Positions 13,401 through 28,000 of a stretch of DNA of 64,000 nucleotides are shown here, one piece after another; within the stretch, counting starts at the first letter, position 1, and every line of letters starts with the position of its first letter. The DNA comes from Lytechinus pictus (lineage: Eukaryota). The stretch lies in assembly GCF_037042905.1 (NCBI RefSeq), contig NC_087251.1, forward strand, positions 14,262,001 to 14,326,000. Reading direction: 5' to 3'. Both the position numbers and the translations under genes were made by a program. Under the pieces are notes generated by a model. It was not told the DNA's origin. It saw nothing but the letters and a program-made list of their open reading frames with translations, and made no database searches.

Positions 13401-16400
13401 TTGGACACTTATAGTTAAAAAAGGACCACATGGACCCCATATTTTTAATAGTTTAACGGCTTTAGAATACATTCCTCTACAAATCTAGAGATTATGATGA
13501 AGATGACATGGATTTTGAATGTTTGGGAGCGAAATACGGGAACGATTCGCCTTATAGACGGTATTATTAGACTTTTGCACGTTTTCGGCGCATTTAGGCG
13601 ATTTTCAAGCCAACTCGCATCATTTCGAACACTGATAGTTAAAAAACGAGCACATGGACCCCATATTTTTGATATTTTAACGGCTTTAGAATATATTCCT
13701 CTACAAATTTAGAGATTATGACGAAAATGACATGGATTTTGAATGTTTGGGAGCAAAAATACGGGAACCATTCGCATTTTAGACGGTATTATTAGACTTT
13801 TGCACGTTTTCGGCGCATTTTAGGCGATTTTCAAGCCAACTCGCAACAATTTGGACACTTTTAGTTGAAAAACGAGCACATGGACCCCATATTTTTAACT
13901 TCCCAACATCTTCCATATACATTCCTCTACAGTTTAGCCGAATTTGATAAAAATGACATGGATTTTGAAAAAAGTGCAGCTTATGAAATGCTTTTTAAAT
14001 TTTTGAGTAGATTCACGTCTTTGAAGATTTGTTTTTTCCGAATTTTTGCACCATTCTTGCCAAATGAGGGCGCTGCTGACTCCAAATAGACATAGTTTTA
14101 CCAATTAAAATACTTTCTCCTACTTTGGTATATACTAAGTTACACATCCTGAAAGTTTTATGAAGTTTGATGCGATATTGAGATAGTAAAGATGATTTAA
14201 ACTCATTTGGTGAATTCGTGAGGTCTAAGAGAGGCATAATTCTCATGATTGCGCAACATTTCATATCATTCAAATACGGCAACTTTGAAGTCCCATAGAA
14301 AAAAAACAAGCACATGAACCTATATTATTTTTTGCATTTTCATAATGCATAGATACCAAAGTAACTCTCTGCAAAATTTGGTGAAAATGACATGGACTTC
14401 ATTTTAACTGTGGAACGTCCTTAAGTTCTATATTTTTAGGGCAAGGCCATTTAGCCATAAAACACATTTCTATAAGACAGCACAAATTGGAAAATTAAAA
14501 AAGTGCACAGCATATCTCCATGGCCATAGCCATGGCCTTCAAATGCCTTCTATTGATTTAAAAGGGGAGTTACAAGAGTTTTTTTTGCACCATTTTTTCT
14601 AGACTACTTGGAACTTTCACCCAGATTACACATCGTGCGCATCCTGTGCTTGAGTGGACCCTGACCTTGTTTTATCCTTATTTCTTTCAAATGCAATCAA
14701 ATAGTTGCACTGGTAATAGTTGACCAATCTTGACAAGTTATATGTCATTTTAAAGCCTAGGGTGTGCTTTTTCAAGCAAAAAAAAAAGAGATGAAATGAA
14801 AATTTCAAAATTCATTTCGGGTAAAAATTCATTGTGGGATTTCAGGTGGCAGATCACATACATAGTTTTAAGTAGTTGAGAATAAATTTACTGCTGATAT
14901 TTTAAAAGTGCCATGGTTTACATCATCTACTATGAAAATCCTTCTATGGATTCTCTCCTTTAGCCATTGCCTATGGATCTTTGATCACATTGAAGAATCA
15001 TCGATCAGGAGGAGGACTACTTCACTCTCATCATCATCTCTATCCTGAAGGCTTTGGTGCTGTGCAACAACAGGTAGTTAAACTTTTTTCATACTGTCTC
15101 TCATCTCTGGTTTGCTTCCACTTTCAGTACATACATGTAGATACTCTATGATGATAGTAAATAATAATTTTGTCATGTTGTAGTTAAATTTGAAATGTAT
15201 TTTATTTCATACATAAGACAGTTTTATTGGTGTACAAGTAAGCAAATGATATCTTTGGTAAAAGGGGACCACAAAATGGATGTTTGTAGTGCAGTGCTCT
15301 GTGTTAAACATCCACGTAAATGATACATAAGAATACTGTTGTTACTTGTACTACACTTGAACAAAAGTCTTAAGTCAGTGCAGGACTTTTTTTGGAGTTC
15401 TTTAATGCCAGGAAAATGCAAAGCCGTCTCTTAGAATCTCTCTGTAATAAAAATCTATTCCACTTTGAATGGACAAAAACCAGTTACTGTGTTAATATCC
15501 TAATAGTATCAGATTCTCTCCAATGCTTGACAATCTTTAACCCAATGGATACTGATTCTGCTCTAATGCATCCTTGGTTCTATGCAACATATTTGATATA
15601 GCGTTATCAGCTTGTATCAGATGGGTTACACTTATCTTATTGTACATGTACTATTATCTATATGATTGATGCATTGCTTTTGTCTCTCAGGTAACTGCAT
15701 ATACTCACAAGGATATGAACAATGAATGGCTGGTGAAAAAGTTTAATGTCAACCCTGACCCAAATGATACATCAGTACAGTATGTCAAACATGGCGATCT
15801 CGTAAGACTGGAGCATACTGCGTAAGTAATCTATGTACTCCTTTCATATTGATGGGTTGAAGGGGATCAACTATGGACTTGACTCAGACGGAGACTGTAT
15901 GGAACCTTTGTAGATGTCTCTGCCTGAATTGAGAAAAGGATGAGTTCAGGGTCTGTTACAAAAACTGCCATCTAACGGTATACTAATTAGAATCCTCAAA
16001 TTAGATTGGCTGTTGAGTATTTTAGCACGGTATTTATCATTGGATGACAAATTTATTAATTTTAACGCAATAAGGCCTAGATTGGATCCAGATATGAAGT
16101 ATGATGAGAGCATTTGTATTAATTGTCTGAACTGATTTTTTGTTTGCTGTGATCTCCAAGTCATTTTTTTCAGTGACACCCACACCAGCAAATAAGTTTA
16201 CTTATCAAATTTAATTAGCACTTTTATTTTGTTGGGGAAACTCTTCAACATAGTTATGCACATTCCTATGGAAAAACCTGCTGCTCAAAATAAATTTTTT
16301 GCAGCATTGATGCATAATGTGCTCAGAAAATTGTGATTTTATGCCATGAAAAGTATACCCTTGAAGATAAACTTACATTTCAGTTTTTGTTGAATTCTTT

Positions 16401-19400
16401 CCAAAGAACTAAAAGAAATCTTCATAGTCATCCGCTACCGGCTCCATTGTCCAGTCGGCACCATCAGGTTACTTGCTATGGAGAGGTAAGATTCATTACA
16501 AATTCAGAAATGATTCTGGCTCTACCAATTGATCATACAAATGTTGATTGATTGTGTATAATTATGATGATAATGATACTAAAATGCAGCATTGTTAAAG
16601 TGCTTATAAAAATATTGTTAAGCATTGAATATTATTACTCCTCTTTTATATATCTGCCAATAAAGTGTTTAAGAATTTCAAGGAATAACACAAGGAATTG
16701 GAAAGGTATAGGCAAACTTTATCTGTAAGTTCTTGGTTATTGCGATGCGACGGACAAAAAGATTTGACCTGATTGTGAAGCATTTTGTGTATGACTCTTT
16801 TATTTGACCACAGCACTCAAGAGATCTGCTTCTTGTAACAAGAGGCCTGTGCATCTTTTAACATTTTCCAGACAATCTGGCATAGAATTGGATGCACTGT
16901 CTAAAATTGTCTTTCACTTTAAGTCAGATCGTTTGTCACTTCCTTTCTAACCTCTTCCCCATCTTCTTTGCCTTTGTGATCTCTTCTGAATACCAATGAT
17001 TTGATGGTTGTGGGGCAACATACAACAACACTTAACAGGGGTTTGCTTGTCAAGAATGTCTGAAAAAATTCTTTAATATTGATCAATCAACTTGGTGATG
17101 TTAGTTTCCAGAAGATTCAAGATAATTTATTGTCATGCATAAAAATACAAAAAATTCGCTTTCGGGCATAAAGTTACAAACATGAATACAATAAACAATG
17201 GCATAAATAATACATTTGACAAACAATCATAACTGTTAAAATATGTATTGCACAACTGTACGAGAAGAAAAGAGAGAGAAGGAAAGGGGGAGAATGAGAT
17301 CATAGAGGATAGAAGAGAAAAAATAGAAGATAAGAAAAGAAGAGAAGTCAGAGAGAAATAGGACAATGCAATTGTGCAACCTACTTGTACAGTACCAGTC
17401 ACATATCTCTAACACCCGTCCACCCGTCCCTACCAGAGAATGATACATTATCTATTGCTCTCTGGCCGAAACAGGCAAACGGGTATCAAAGATGTATGAC
17501 TGGCACTGTACCTCCACCCCGCAACCCCCACACAAGAGTACCCTTCCGTTGTGACCGCAATCACCATGCAACAACTACCCAGTGTTCAAAAGAACCACAC
17601 ACATTTCCTCACATTCTACACACAAACTCCCCCCCCCCATGTACGCTCCTCTACATATATGTCAATCATACGCTCAGACAGCTCAGACCGTGGCTCACAC
17701 CGTACATCCAACTCAAACATAAGTCAATATGAAGGGCACCCTGGTGTGAGGATGCTTAGATGGAGACATGGAGACAATAAATCATCCATTGTTTAGCAAT
17801 AAAAACACCTATGTAATAGTAAAAATTTGAAAAGCTGCGTGGCTAAGGTAGGAGAGCAAGGAAGTGAGAGAGAGAGAAAGGGTATTTATGGCACTGTAAC
17901 TTCCTATACTTTATAATAACTAATAAATAACATATATAAATAGGTAAATAAATAAATAGTGTGCATGCATACAAATAAATCTACATTAAAGTATATATAG
18001 AGAGTGGTAATGATTAAGTATGGTGGACCAAGCCATACGTACAGTGTACTGTGCAATAATCTAGACCAGGGGGCAGTACATTCCTCCACGGTTCACGGCC
18101 CCGATGTACCACCGGACGGAGACCAGAGCGCTAAGGCAACCCCGGCCTGCAAAGCACCACGTCCAACAGCCCACCCCAACCACCGCCTCCACCAGACCAA
18201 CACCGCACCCCCAACCGACTGTACAGAACCCCCAAGCAACGACACACTCCCGGACCCCAGACCCCACCGACAACCATAGGTATACATCGCCCACAGCCCT
18301 CGGCAAGCATCGGGACTCCAAAAAAGAATTATTGCCATGGGGAACCCCGCAAAGCCGGACGGGAAGGTGACACCGAACCGATTTAAGACAGTGCCCAGCG
18401 AGACAGCAAAACACAGCACTTCAGCGGCCGAGCCTACCCGCACATGAACTCCGTCCCATGGCGCATACGTACATGCCAGGAACCGCAGAAGCATAATGCC
18501 TGAAAAATAGTTTTAAAAAAAAAGAGGAAATTATGTTAATATCATGAAATCTATTAAAGGTTGAACATACTGAGGTAATTCAGATCCATGTCAAAGGGTA
18601 CAAGTTACACAAATGCACTTTGATTTATGTGCCGGGGAGGGGGGGGGGGGGGCGTTGCAAGAAAATATCTGCAACCAAAAGCACATTTCAGTTGTAAAAT
18701 TCACAAGTGACAGATTAACCTCAACCAAGGCGAGTCCATTTATTTCCGTCAACACAAGAAGCAGGCCAACAGTCAATCAATCGCAAACCTACAATTAATA
18801 AAAGATTTATGAATAATTGACGTTAAGACCTAAAATTGACATGCAATCGATTGTGAGTCTCATGCAGCGCCCTAATAGATCATATTGCAAATTTGAGGAA
18901 TTGAACGCTCAAAAACATACCGTAGACAGACACGCTCATGTATCAAGTAGTACATGTAGGTCACATGTATGTCTCGAATACATATGCGTGCCTGTGCACA
19001 TAATATTTAAATATATAGAACATTTAATGAAATGCTTACATGTAGTTACATATATTTTGCCAGTTTTATTAAGTTTAAGATATGTGTTGTGCATGCATGT
19101 GCACATACTATCTGATACACACCAAACATTTAGTTTGCTAGTGATAGAATGAGATGCAAGTACATTGTACAAGGAAAAAATACACCCTACTTCATCATCT
19201 GACCAATTTGCTATTGAAAGCTCTACTTGCTGTGATAAAAAAGGACCGCCTGTATCTCTCAGTTTTCACCTTTGGCAATCTAATTCTACCAGACCTGTTT
19301 AGAATAACTTCATGAAGTGGATGTGATTTGTCATGCATTATGATATTAAGCCTAGACTGGAGAGCTGATTCAACAATATCTTCTAGCTCTTGCATGGGTA

Positions 19401-22400
19401 TACCAATAACTTTGCTAGCTTGGGACACAATCTTGGTTAGTTTAACCCTATTCTTTTCTGTCAAACCACTAAACCATGCAACTGAAGAGAAAGATAAGAC
19501 AGACTGGATGACACTCTGATAAAAGAGAGTAAGTGTCTGTTCTCCTACATTAAATGACCTGAGTAACCTTAAAAAATACAATCTTTGATTTCCTTTTGAC
19601 TGAATTTTTCTGGTGTTTTCATCCCAGCTCAGAGTATCCTGTACCAATGTACCGAGATATTTGTACTCTGACACCTGTTCTATTGCACTTCCCCCTATGG
19701 TGATAATCTCATTGTCCCTTCAGCCAGTTTTACGAAAGTCCAATACCATCTCTTTGGTTTTCTGGGTATTCAGAATCAGTGATGTCTGTTGACACCATTC
19801 GACAAAATCATCAACACACTTCCTGTATGCTGTTTCTTCATTATTCTGAATTAATCCTACTATACATGTGTCATCAGCATATTTCAAAACATGGCAAGAT
19901 GGGCTAACTGGACTATCACTGGTTAATAGTGAAAATAGAATGGGACTTAGAACACAACCCTGCGATGCACCTACATTCAGTGTTACTGTCGGAGGTTACT
20001 TCTCCATGCTGAACTAGTTGTACCCGATTAGTCATAAAATCACCTATCCACAATGACAGATATGGGTTAACTTTCATTACAGAGTGTAGCTTCTCTATTA
20101 AAACCTGTGGTACAATGGTATTAAAGGCTGAAGAGAAATCGATATACATGTACAAGACTCTGACATATGACTTACTCTACTCTAGATGTTTGATTATTGT
20201 ATGTAACAAGTAGGTAATAGCATCATCAACAGATCTGTTATTCCTATATGCAAACTGAAGTGGGTCATGGTAGTCCCTAGTCTGCTTAACCAGAGTTTCC
20301 TTAACTAGTTTTTCGAAACACTTCATTATAACAGGCGTAAGAGCAACTGGTCTGAAATCATTAAGTATAGTAGGCTTAGGAACCTTTGGAATTGGAATGA
20401 TTTTTGAACATTTCCAAATATTGGGTACATGAGAAACATCAAAAGACCATTGGAATAACCTACAAAATATGTGGCATAACTGCTGTGCACACAACTTAAG
20501 AAGTTTACCTGACAGGCCATCTGGTCCCATTGATTTGCTTGTTTTGATGGATTCCATTACCTTCCTCACCTTAGTGACATCAACCAGTATTCTGTCGCTA
20601 TTTGGTATATATTCCTGTATTTCTCGAGCATAAGAATCATACAAATCAAAGAATCTTTGATCACATTTATCTTTATCAAATCTACAGTAAAACTTGTTAA
20701 AGTCAGAAACAAACTTTGGTACATCTTCACCAAATATGTTACCTTTCCTCTTAGGAATATCAAACCCTGTTATCAATTTTAGACCTCTCCAGGCTTCTTT
20801 GGGGTTACCTTCCCGGAATTTATTTTCCATCTTTTTACCAAACTTTTGTTTCCTAGAATTAATGCGTCTCTTAAAGTCCCTTTGAATTATTTTAACAGCT
20901 TCAAAGTTATTACTATGAAATTCTACAGTCTTCTCGTGTATAAACTTCCTACAACTTTTATCTACTCAAGGTTTGTTATTTGGATATTGTTTGAAAGTTT
21001 TTTCCGGAACAATCATGTCCTCACAGAATTTTATATATCTAGTTACCACTTCTGCCGCCTCATCCAGGGATGTTGGATCCAAAAGAACGTCCCAATCTGT
21101 ACAGTCCAAACAAGCTCTCAATTACCCAGAAAGAGGTCTTATGAGCCCAAGGCATGAGTTATTGCCTTCAGTTTCTGGTACAGCAAAGTCCTGAAGAAAC
21201 ATCAATGTTGTTGTGCTATCCCTTTGAATCTATGGTGGCCTGAAGATCACTTCCACCTTATCAGAGACTGATGAGCCATCGTCTGGCAAGACATTTCAGC
21301 AAATACATTTAATACATTTTTACTGGTGGAAGTATGATTGAGGATGTTATAAGGTTAAGAGAATGTCTCCTCAAGTACAGTTAAGATGCGGAGAGTGCCA
21401 AAACTTGTGTCTGTAAAATATAAGATCAGCTATGACTTAACCATGTTTTTCTCCATTGGATACCCATGTTACTGTTACACACAAAACATCAAAATCATGT
21501 TGAAAATTAGGTACATGTAGTTTAAAGTACAAGTAGTTAGTTGGAAGATCAGCGTTATTGCCAAAAGACTTTGTGTTGATAAAGCAATGCAGATCTTCTC
21601 CTAGTCACTTAAGAAGGTCATTCCTTTTTAGTTGATAAGGAGTTAAGTTCCATTGGAAAAGAATTTCATTTCCTCCTTTTTTGATACCATCTCTGGTCCC
21701 TGAGATATTTTATAAAGAAAAAAAGTAATTTCTTAAAGTGATGAGCTTAATAACTGCCAGTATCAAATGGAAGAATAAAATTAAGAGAAAATATAAATGT
21801 TAGAATAATCATAATCATTTTTTTTTAAAGATTATACTCAGAAGACAAATATATATCACATACATTGAATATTGTCATCATCCCACAGAATGGTACAGGC
21901 GATGTGAATGATGTATGGAGAGTCGAGATTGTAGGAGGTAAAGAAGGAGACCTTGTTAAAGTTGTCAAAACCAAACTCAAACTGATTCATCAACTCATTG
22001 GATGTGCCTTATTTTCACACTCAAAGACACTTCCCAAATGGTTAGTAACGTGATTGTCACTCCCTCTCTCATACTCTCTCTCCTTCCTGTCTCTTTCTCT
22101 CTCCCTCTCATTAGAATTGCCTTATTCTCACACTCTCACTCAAAGAACTTCCTACATGGTCTTTCTCAGTCTCTCTTTTCTCTCCTCATAGAATGGGGAT
22201 TTGCTCTGCAAACTACAAAAAGCATTAGTATTCTGTACTCATTATCATTTTAAGATTACATTACATTGTATTTTCGAATTATTTCATTTCTTAGTAGTAG
22301 GCCTGAGTCATCACTGGTTTTACTCGAACTGGGATTGAGTGGTGGGGAAATGGGCAGAAATCTGGTACCTGAAAATTCTAGTAGTGCTAAATTCACTCCA

Positions 22401-24963
22401 CAGGCATTAACGCTAGTGCAGCACGTGCGGAGGTGAAGATGTCGGAGAGCAAGATATGATTCAGAAAAGATATAAATTTTAAAAGTTGTGTGCATTTGTG
22501 AACTGCTACCAGAAAACCAACAATAAGTCACCAAAAATGAATTTGCCATTTTTCATTGAGCTTGAAAAACTATATCCTCAGCTTGATAAATAATTTGTCA
22601 AAGTGCGGATCAACAATATCCCTCACAAGTACTTGATTGAATGCATAAGAAATTCAGCAAGAGTTTACAAAAATAAGAAGAAAACAATGTTTGAAGTTTG
22701 GGGTTCATTCAGGCATGAGAGGTGCAAACTGCAATCTCAGGGAAACTTTCAATCAGTCTGGAAGAAATGGTGTCAAAGAAACTCTGGCATCTTAAAATCT
22801 CTCCTTGAAATTTTGACAATATGAAGAAAAAAAATTACTCTTTTCCTCTATACTGGAATTGGGCCTAATATGTTCAAATCTTAAGTTACATGTATCATGA
22901 CTAAAAAAATTAATACTCTGTGGTCAACTGAGGAATTCAAAGAAAAAAATTTGTGGCTTTATTTTGTGGCTATGCGGGCAGCGAGATGTACTGAAATGGC
23001 CACCGGGCTGTACTGATTGGTTGTAGTGAAGTCGATCTAGTAGTGCATGAGCGCGGCGTGTCCAGCCTCGATCTGTGTGACTCTTACTAGTTACCTCTTT
23101 CATGCCGTGGAGCCAGGTGAGTCCTTGCTTTCAGATTGTTGCTATTAAACTGTATTATTTTTTTGCGAGGTTATAGAGTGTAAAGTTAAGGAGATGACCA
23201 CATCTTACATCTACCTGATTGGATGATTGCTTCAATATTCCAAAGCATGATGCAAATGAAAAATGAAAAACTTTGACTCAGGCCTACTTAGTACTAAATT
23301 AGTTCTATATGTTACCATATATGTTTTCTTGTACAAATGTGAGTATTGTGATTTTTATGCCTAGTTTGTTGGTACCTTATTTGTGCATTTTATGAAATGA
23401 ATTTAATACATTGAAGTTAGAGAGTTGATCATAGGAAGTTTGCTGTCATTTGATCATAATTAGGCTTTTCATCTTTCTACCTATGTTATAGGGGTTGGGA
23501 ACAGCTGGAAGTCACATGCAACCCTTACACAAGAGATGTGAGAACTTTATGGAATGTAGAAGATCACACCAATACGAAACGTGAGTTTACTGTAAGAGTA
23601 TTCATTCTGTTCTCAATAGAGATGTACTGAATTGTAATATCCCAATGATATCTGTTTATATGTAGTCGTGAATGGTTGCTCTCCCTGACTTACCTCCCCC
23701 CTCCCCCTTCACCCCCCCCCCAAAAAAAAAGGAAGGTAAAAAAAGTATGGGAATTGAGAAAGCTTATTAGGTGAAAATATTAAACCCCCTAAGCCACACC
23801 CCAAAAAAACCATTGCACCCCCCCCCCCCCATTTCACTAGCTGTTTCACATTACCACCTCAGGTACTGTTTGTTTATGTCCATTATCTTGGTAATTATTC
23901 TATAATCAAGCACATGACAATGACTGCAAAATATGTGTTTTATACACCATTCATGGTGGTTCATTTTCTGCCAGAAATAAAAGATGACTAGACATATTTA
24001 TTTTGTGGAACATCTTTGTCAATGGACCTGGAGCTTCTGAACAGATGCAAAGCATGTTTTGCATATTTTGCATATTGACTAATGATTACGTTATTTACAA
24101 AATGGAGTTACTGCATTTAACCTTTTCAATTTAATTTCTAATAAATACAACACTTGTGTCATTCTTTCTTTTCAGTTCCCAATGTGAATATAAGCCTGTT
24201 TGTGCCATCATTTCTGGAAACTTTCATTGAAGCTCACTTGGTCATGGCCTCTGTAAGTTTTATATAATTTTTTTTTTTTTTTTGGGGGGGGGAGCAGAAA
24301 TAGATTGATAAAGTTGTCTTTGACTTGTGTCATGAAATATTTATTTGTATCATTATAGTATATGTCATTGGCATGCAAATGTATTAAATTATCCCCCCCC
24401 CCCCCCATCTGGAAGATGTAGTCCCTTCGGTATAGAAATATAATATATATTTATTTTTATACACCTTACCATGTATCTGATGCTTGTATATGGGCCAAAT
24501 AATTCTTGGAGTAAATGAGTTATTACTCAGTATTGAGGAAGTAACCATGCCATTCTACCAGTAGAGGGTTTTTTTCTAAGCAGCTGATATTCGTATATAG
24601 TGGGTTTTTTTTTTTTTTTGGGGGGGGGGGGGTTAGCATAATAATTTTTCAGCTTGTTTTGTAATTTACAACATTTGGATTCCTGTTGTCAGACTTACCT
24701 TATCCTATGGTATTGTTGTTTCACTTCACCTTGCATTGAAGACTTTCTCTCAGAAATATTGCTCAATGTGATGACTTTAGACCTTTTTTTTCAGGGTAAC
24801 AACAACCTCAAACCTAAAGAGGGTGAGCTGACATCACAACCCTGGCAATGGCCCATTAACTATAGGGTAAGTTAAATCGGTGGTGATGACTATGATGATG
24901 ATGATGATGATCATCATCATCATGATCATCATCATGATCATCATCATGATCATGATCATGATA

Positions 24964-25008
<45 letters not shown>

Positions 25009-25028
25009 ATGAACATCATCATCATCAT

Positions 25029-25059
<31 letters not shown>

Positions 25060-28000
25060 TTGATCTATAAAGTTAGTATAAAGATATCAAATAAACAGAC
25101 AATGATTTGATTTTATTTGTTAAATTTACAGGCTAGCAATTTAAAATAAAATGTGCTTAAGTGGGTATAATAGAACAGGTGCAAACATATAAATAAAAGG
25201 TCAAGGAAACATCAGATTTAGAGCTCAGGATGTAGACTGAATGTTAATATTTGAAAATATGTAAGTATATCAGTGTCCACATTACCAATATCTTAATTAC
25301 TATTTGATTATTAAACATAAAGTTGAATTGGTACCCAGTGAACAGAAGTTCTTTGAATGGTGTTTCGATCTCTTTTGTGGTGCTCATATTAAGTTTTGCT
25401 TCATCATAATGTTTTTATACCCTGCCTTAAGTTTCAAATGAATGGAATAAGGAAGCCAAATGTGTGCCTGAATTATTGAAACTGCAAAAAGTACAATATG
25501 CAGATGTTCCTTATAGTTCATTGGACTACAATGTAGCTTACTTCCTATACTCTGATCACCTTAAAGCCATGGGTAAATAAATAAGACCAGCTTTGATAAT
25601 AATAAAATAAACCATTTAAAACTTACCATAGGCTCGTGTTCTTCCACGAGATAACTCCCATAAGTCACTTTTGGCACAACTATTTTTTTTCCCCAAAAAT
25701 TTCAGGGGCAGCGTTTTTCTGGTGCTAATGATACTGAGTACAGAGTGTATCTCCTTGGCAATCCCATTATTTGGTGGGGGAACTTAGTTGTACTAGCCCT
25801 CTTCTGTCTGGCAGCATTGGTTTGGCTCTTCTTGATGCAGAGGGGATTTGAGCTCTCTAAACAGATGCAAGGTATGGTTAATAGTGTATTAAGAGATAAT
25901 ATCTTGTATATTTTATTGAAAAAAAAAACCAGAAAGAAAGCATTCATTATGAAAAAAGACCCAGCCCCCTTGAAACTGCATTCTTTAAAAATGTATAGTT
26001 TTGGAAATAATAATAAGACCACTTTTCTACTAAGCTCCCATTTAGTGTGGTCTAATAACTATTTCCCAAACTATATGATTGAATTCCAAAAGTAATTTAT
26101 TTAATGTTTATTATTTAAACCACCCAGGCCAATAATAGTAGAGCGGATTAGCCGAACAATTGTGCAAATTTTGACTAAAGCATGAAACTTTCACAAGTAT
26201 TAGTATATGCCGTAAGATTTATTTTAAAGATGGGAGGTAAATTTATAAATGCCATTTTCGACCGTTGCCATGGCAACGGATTAATTTCTCCAAAATAACA
26301 CGCATTCCCATGTAAATGGTAATTAAACATGATATAGATGACCAAAATGATAATTTTCAGGCTCCCAATTGAATGCATATGAAATTTAGAAATATTCAAG
26401 ATCATCAAGATAGTTCCAATTGGTCCGTTGCCATGGCAACGGCTTGTTTTTCCCCAAAAAAGTAAAAATTTTGATTAAAAAACGTTGTAGAATATGATTT
26501 ATCTTTAATTTCCCCTAACTTTACAGTGCTTATCGAAGATATTTTGGTTGCTAAATGTGTAAATTACATCTCAAGCCATTGCCATGGCAACCAAATAACA
26601 TCTAATTTACAAAAATAACATGTTTGACAAGACAATGGACAGGTGGAAAATACGATTGGAATTGACTTAATCTGTATGCTTAAGATTTGACCCCCTCATT
26701 TGAACAAAAAATACAGGAAGTGTTCTGCAGGAGTTCTTTATAAAGATAAAAATTAATGTTGCCTTGGTAAAGCTTGAATTAAATTTAAAAATAAACAATT
26801 TTGCAAAGGACCCGTTGCCATGGCAACATCTTATTTCCCTCTAGAAAGGTAAAAATATTGATAAAAATGTAAAATACATGTACAGTAAGATCATCATTCC
26901 ATTTTCCCTAATTTCAAGGTACTAATCGAGATATGTTTGTGACTAAATTTTATAAATATAACATCTTATGCCATTGCCATGGCAACCAAATAACATCAAA
27001 TTTAAAAAAAAAGTGGATGATAAGGTTAAAAACAGGTGAAAGATACAATGAATATTAACTTAATGTGCATTCGTAAGGTCTGACCTACTCAATTAATTTA
27101 GGGGAAAATAATACAGTCAGTGTTCTGCATGAACTAAATTAGAATGATAAACATTGATGTTGCCTTGGTAATACTTGAATTCAACAATAAATATCAATAT
27201 TCAAAATGGCCTGTTGCCATAGCAACAGATCATTTAGTATCAGTTTTGATTAAAAAAGGGACTGTAGAATCTGATTTTTCTTGCATTTCCCCTAATCTTT
27301 GTGTGCTAAACATCGATATGTTTGATGCAAAATGTATAAATAACATCTGAAGCTATTGCCATGGCAACCAGATAATATCTAATACTAAAAAATAATGATT
27401 TGGATGACAAGATTTTGGACAGGTGGAAAATACAAATACAAATAACTCAATATACGAAAGGTTTGGCCGGTCATTTAATTTCGAACAAAAATTTCAGTTA
27501 GAGTTCTGTATGAGTTCATCAGAATAATAAAATTATGTTGCCTTGGTAATACTTGAATTTAATGATAAATATCAGTGTTTCAAATGTCCCGTTGCCATGG
27601 CAACAGCTCATTCCCCCCAGAAAAGTATCATGTTTGATAAACAAAAAAATTGTAAAATCTGATTTTTATTTCATTTGCCCCAATTTTAGGGAGCTAAGCA
27701 TATATATGCTTGCTGTTAATAAATAAATAACATCTTCAGCCATTGTCATGGCAACCAATTAAGATATAATTTTTAATACAAACTAACACAGTTGTAATGA
27801 TAATGGACAGGTGGAATGTAAAGTAAAGATTTACTTAATCTACATAAGGTTTGACTTTGACCAGTCATTAAGTTTTGAACAAAAAATACAGTAAGTGTTC
27901 CGCATGAGTTCATTAGCATGATAAAAACTGATGTTGCCTTGGTAATGCTTGAATTTATTGATATCAATGTTTACAAATGTGTTTTCTGTTCCCATGGCAA

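Noticed and set aside
11810..13980. Regular repeats as a CRISPR-like array or repeated genes
   Set aside because: Contiguous monomers without unique spacers, eukaryotic context, inside TIRs.
18004..18494. Overlapping 88-133 aa ORFs in a GC-rich block
   Set aside because: No recognisable domain; few stops are expected from composition; lies within a probable LINE 3' region.
24834..25110. Poly-Met/Ile/Leu/Ser ORFs
   Set aside because: Translations of an intronic trinucleotide microsatellite.
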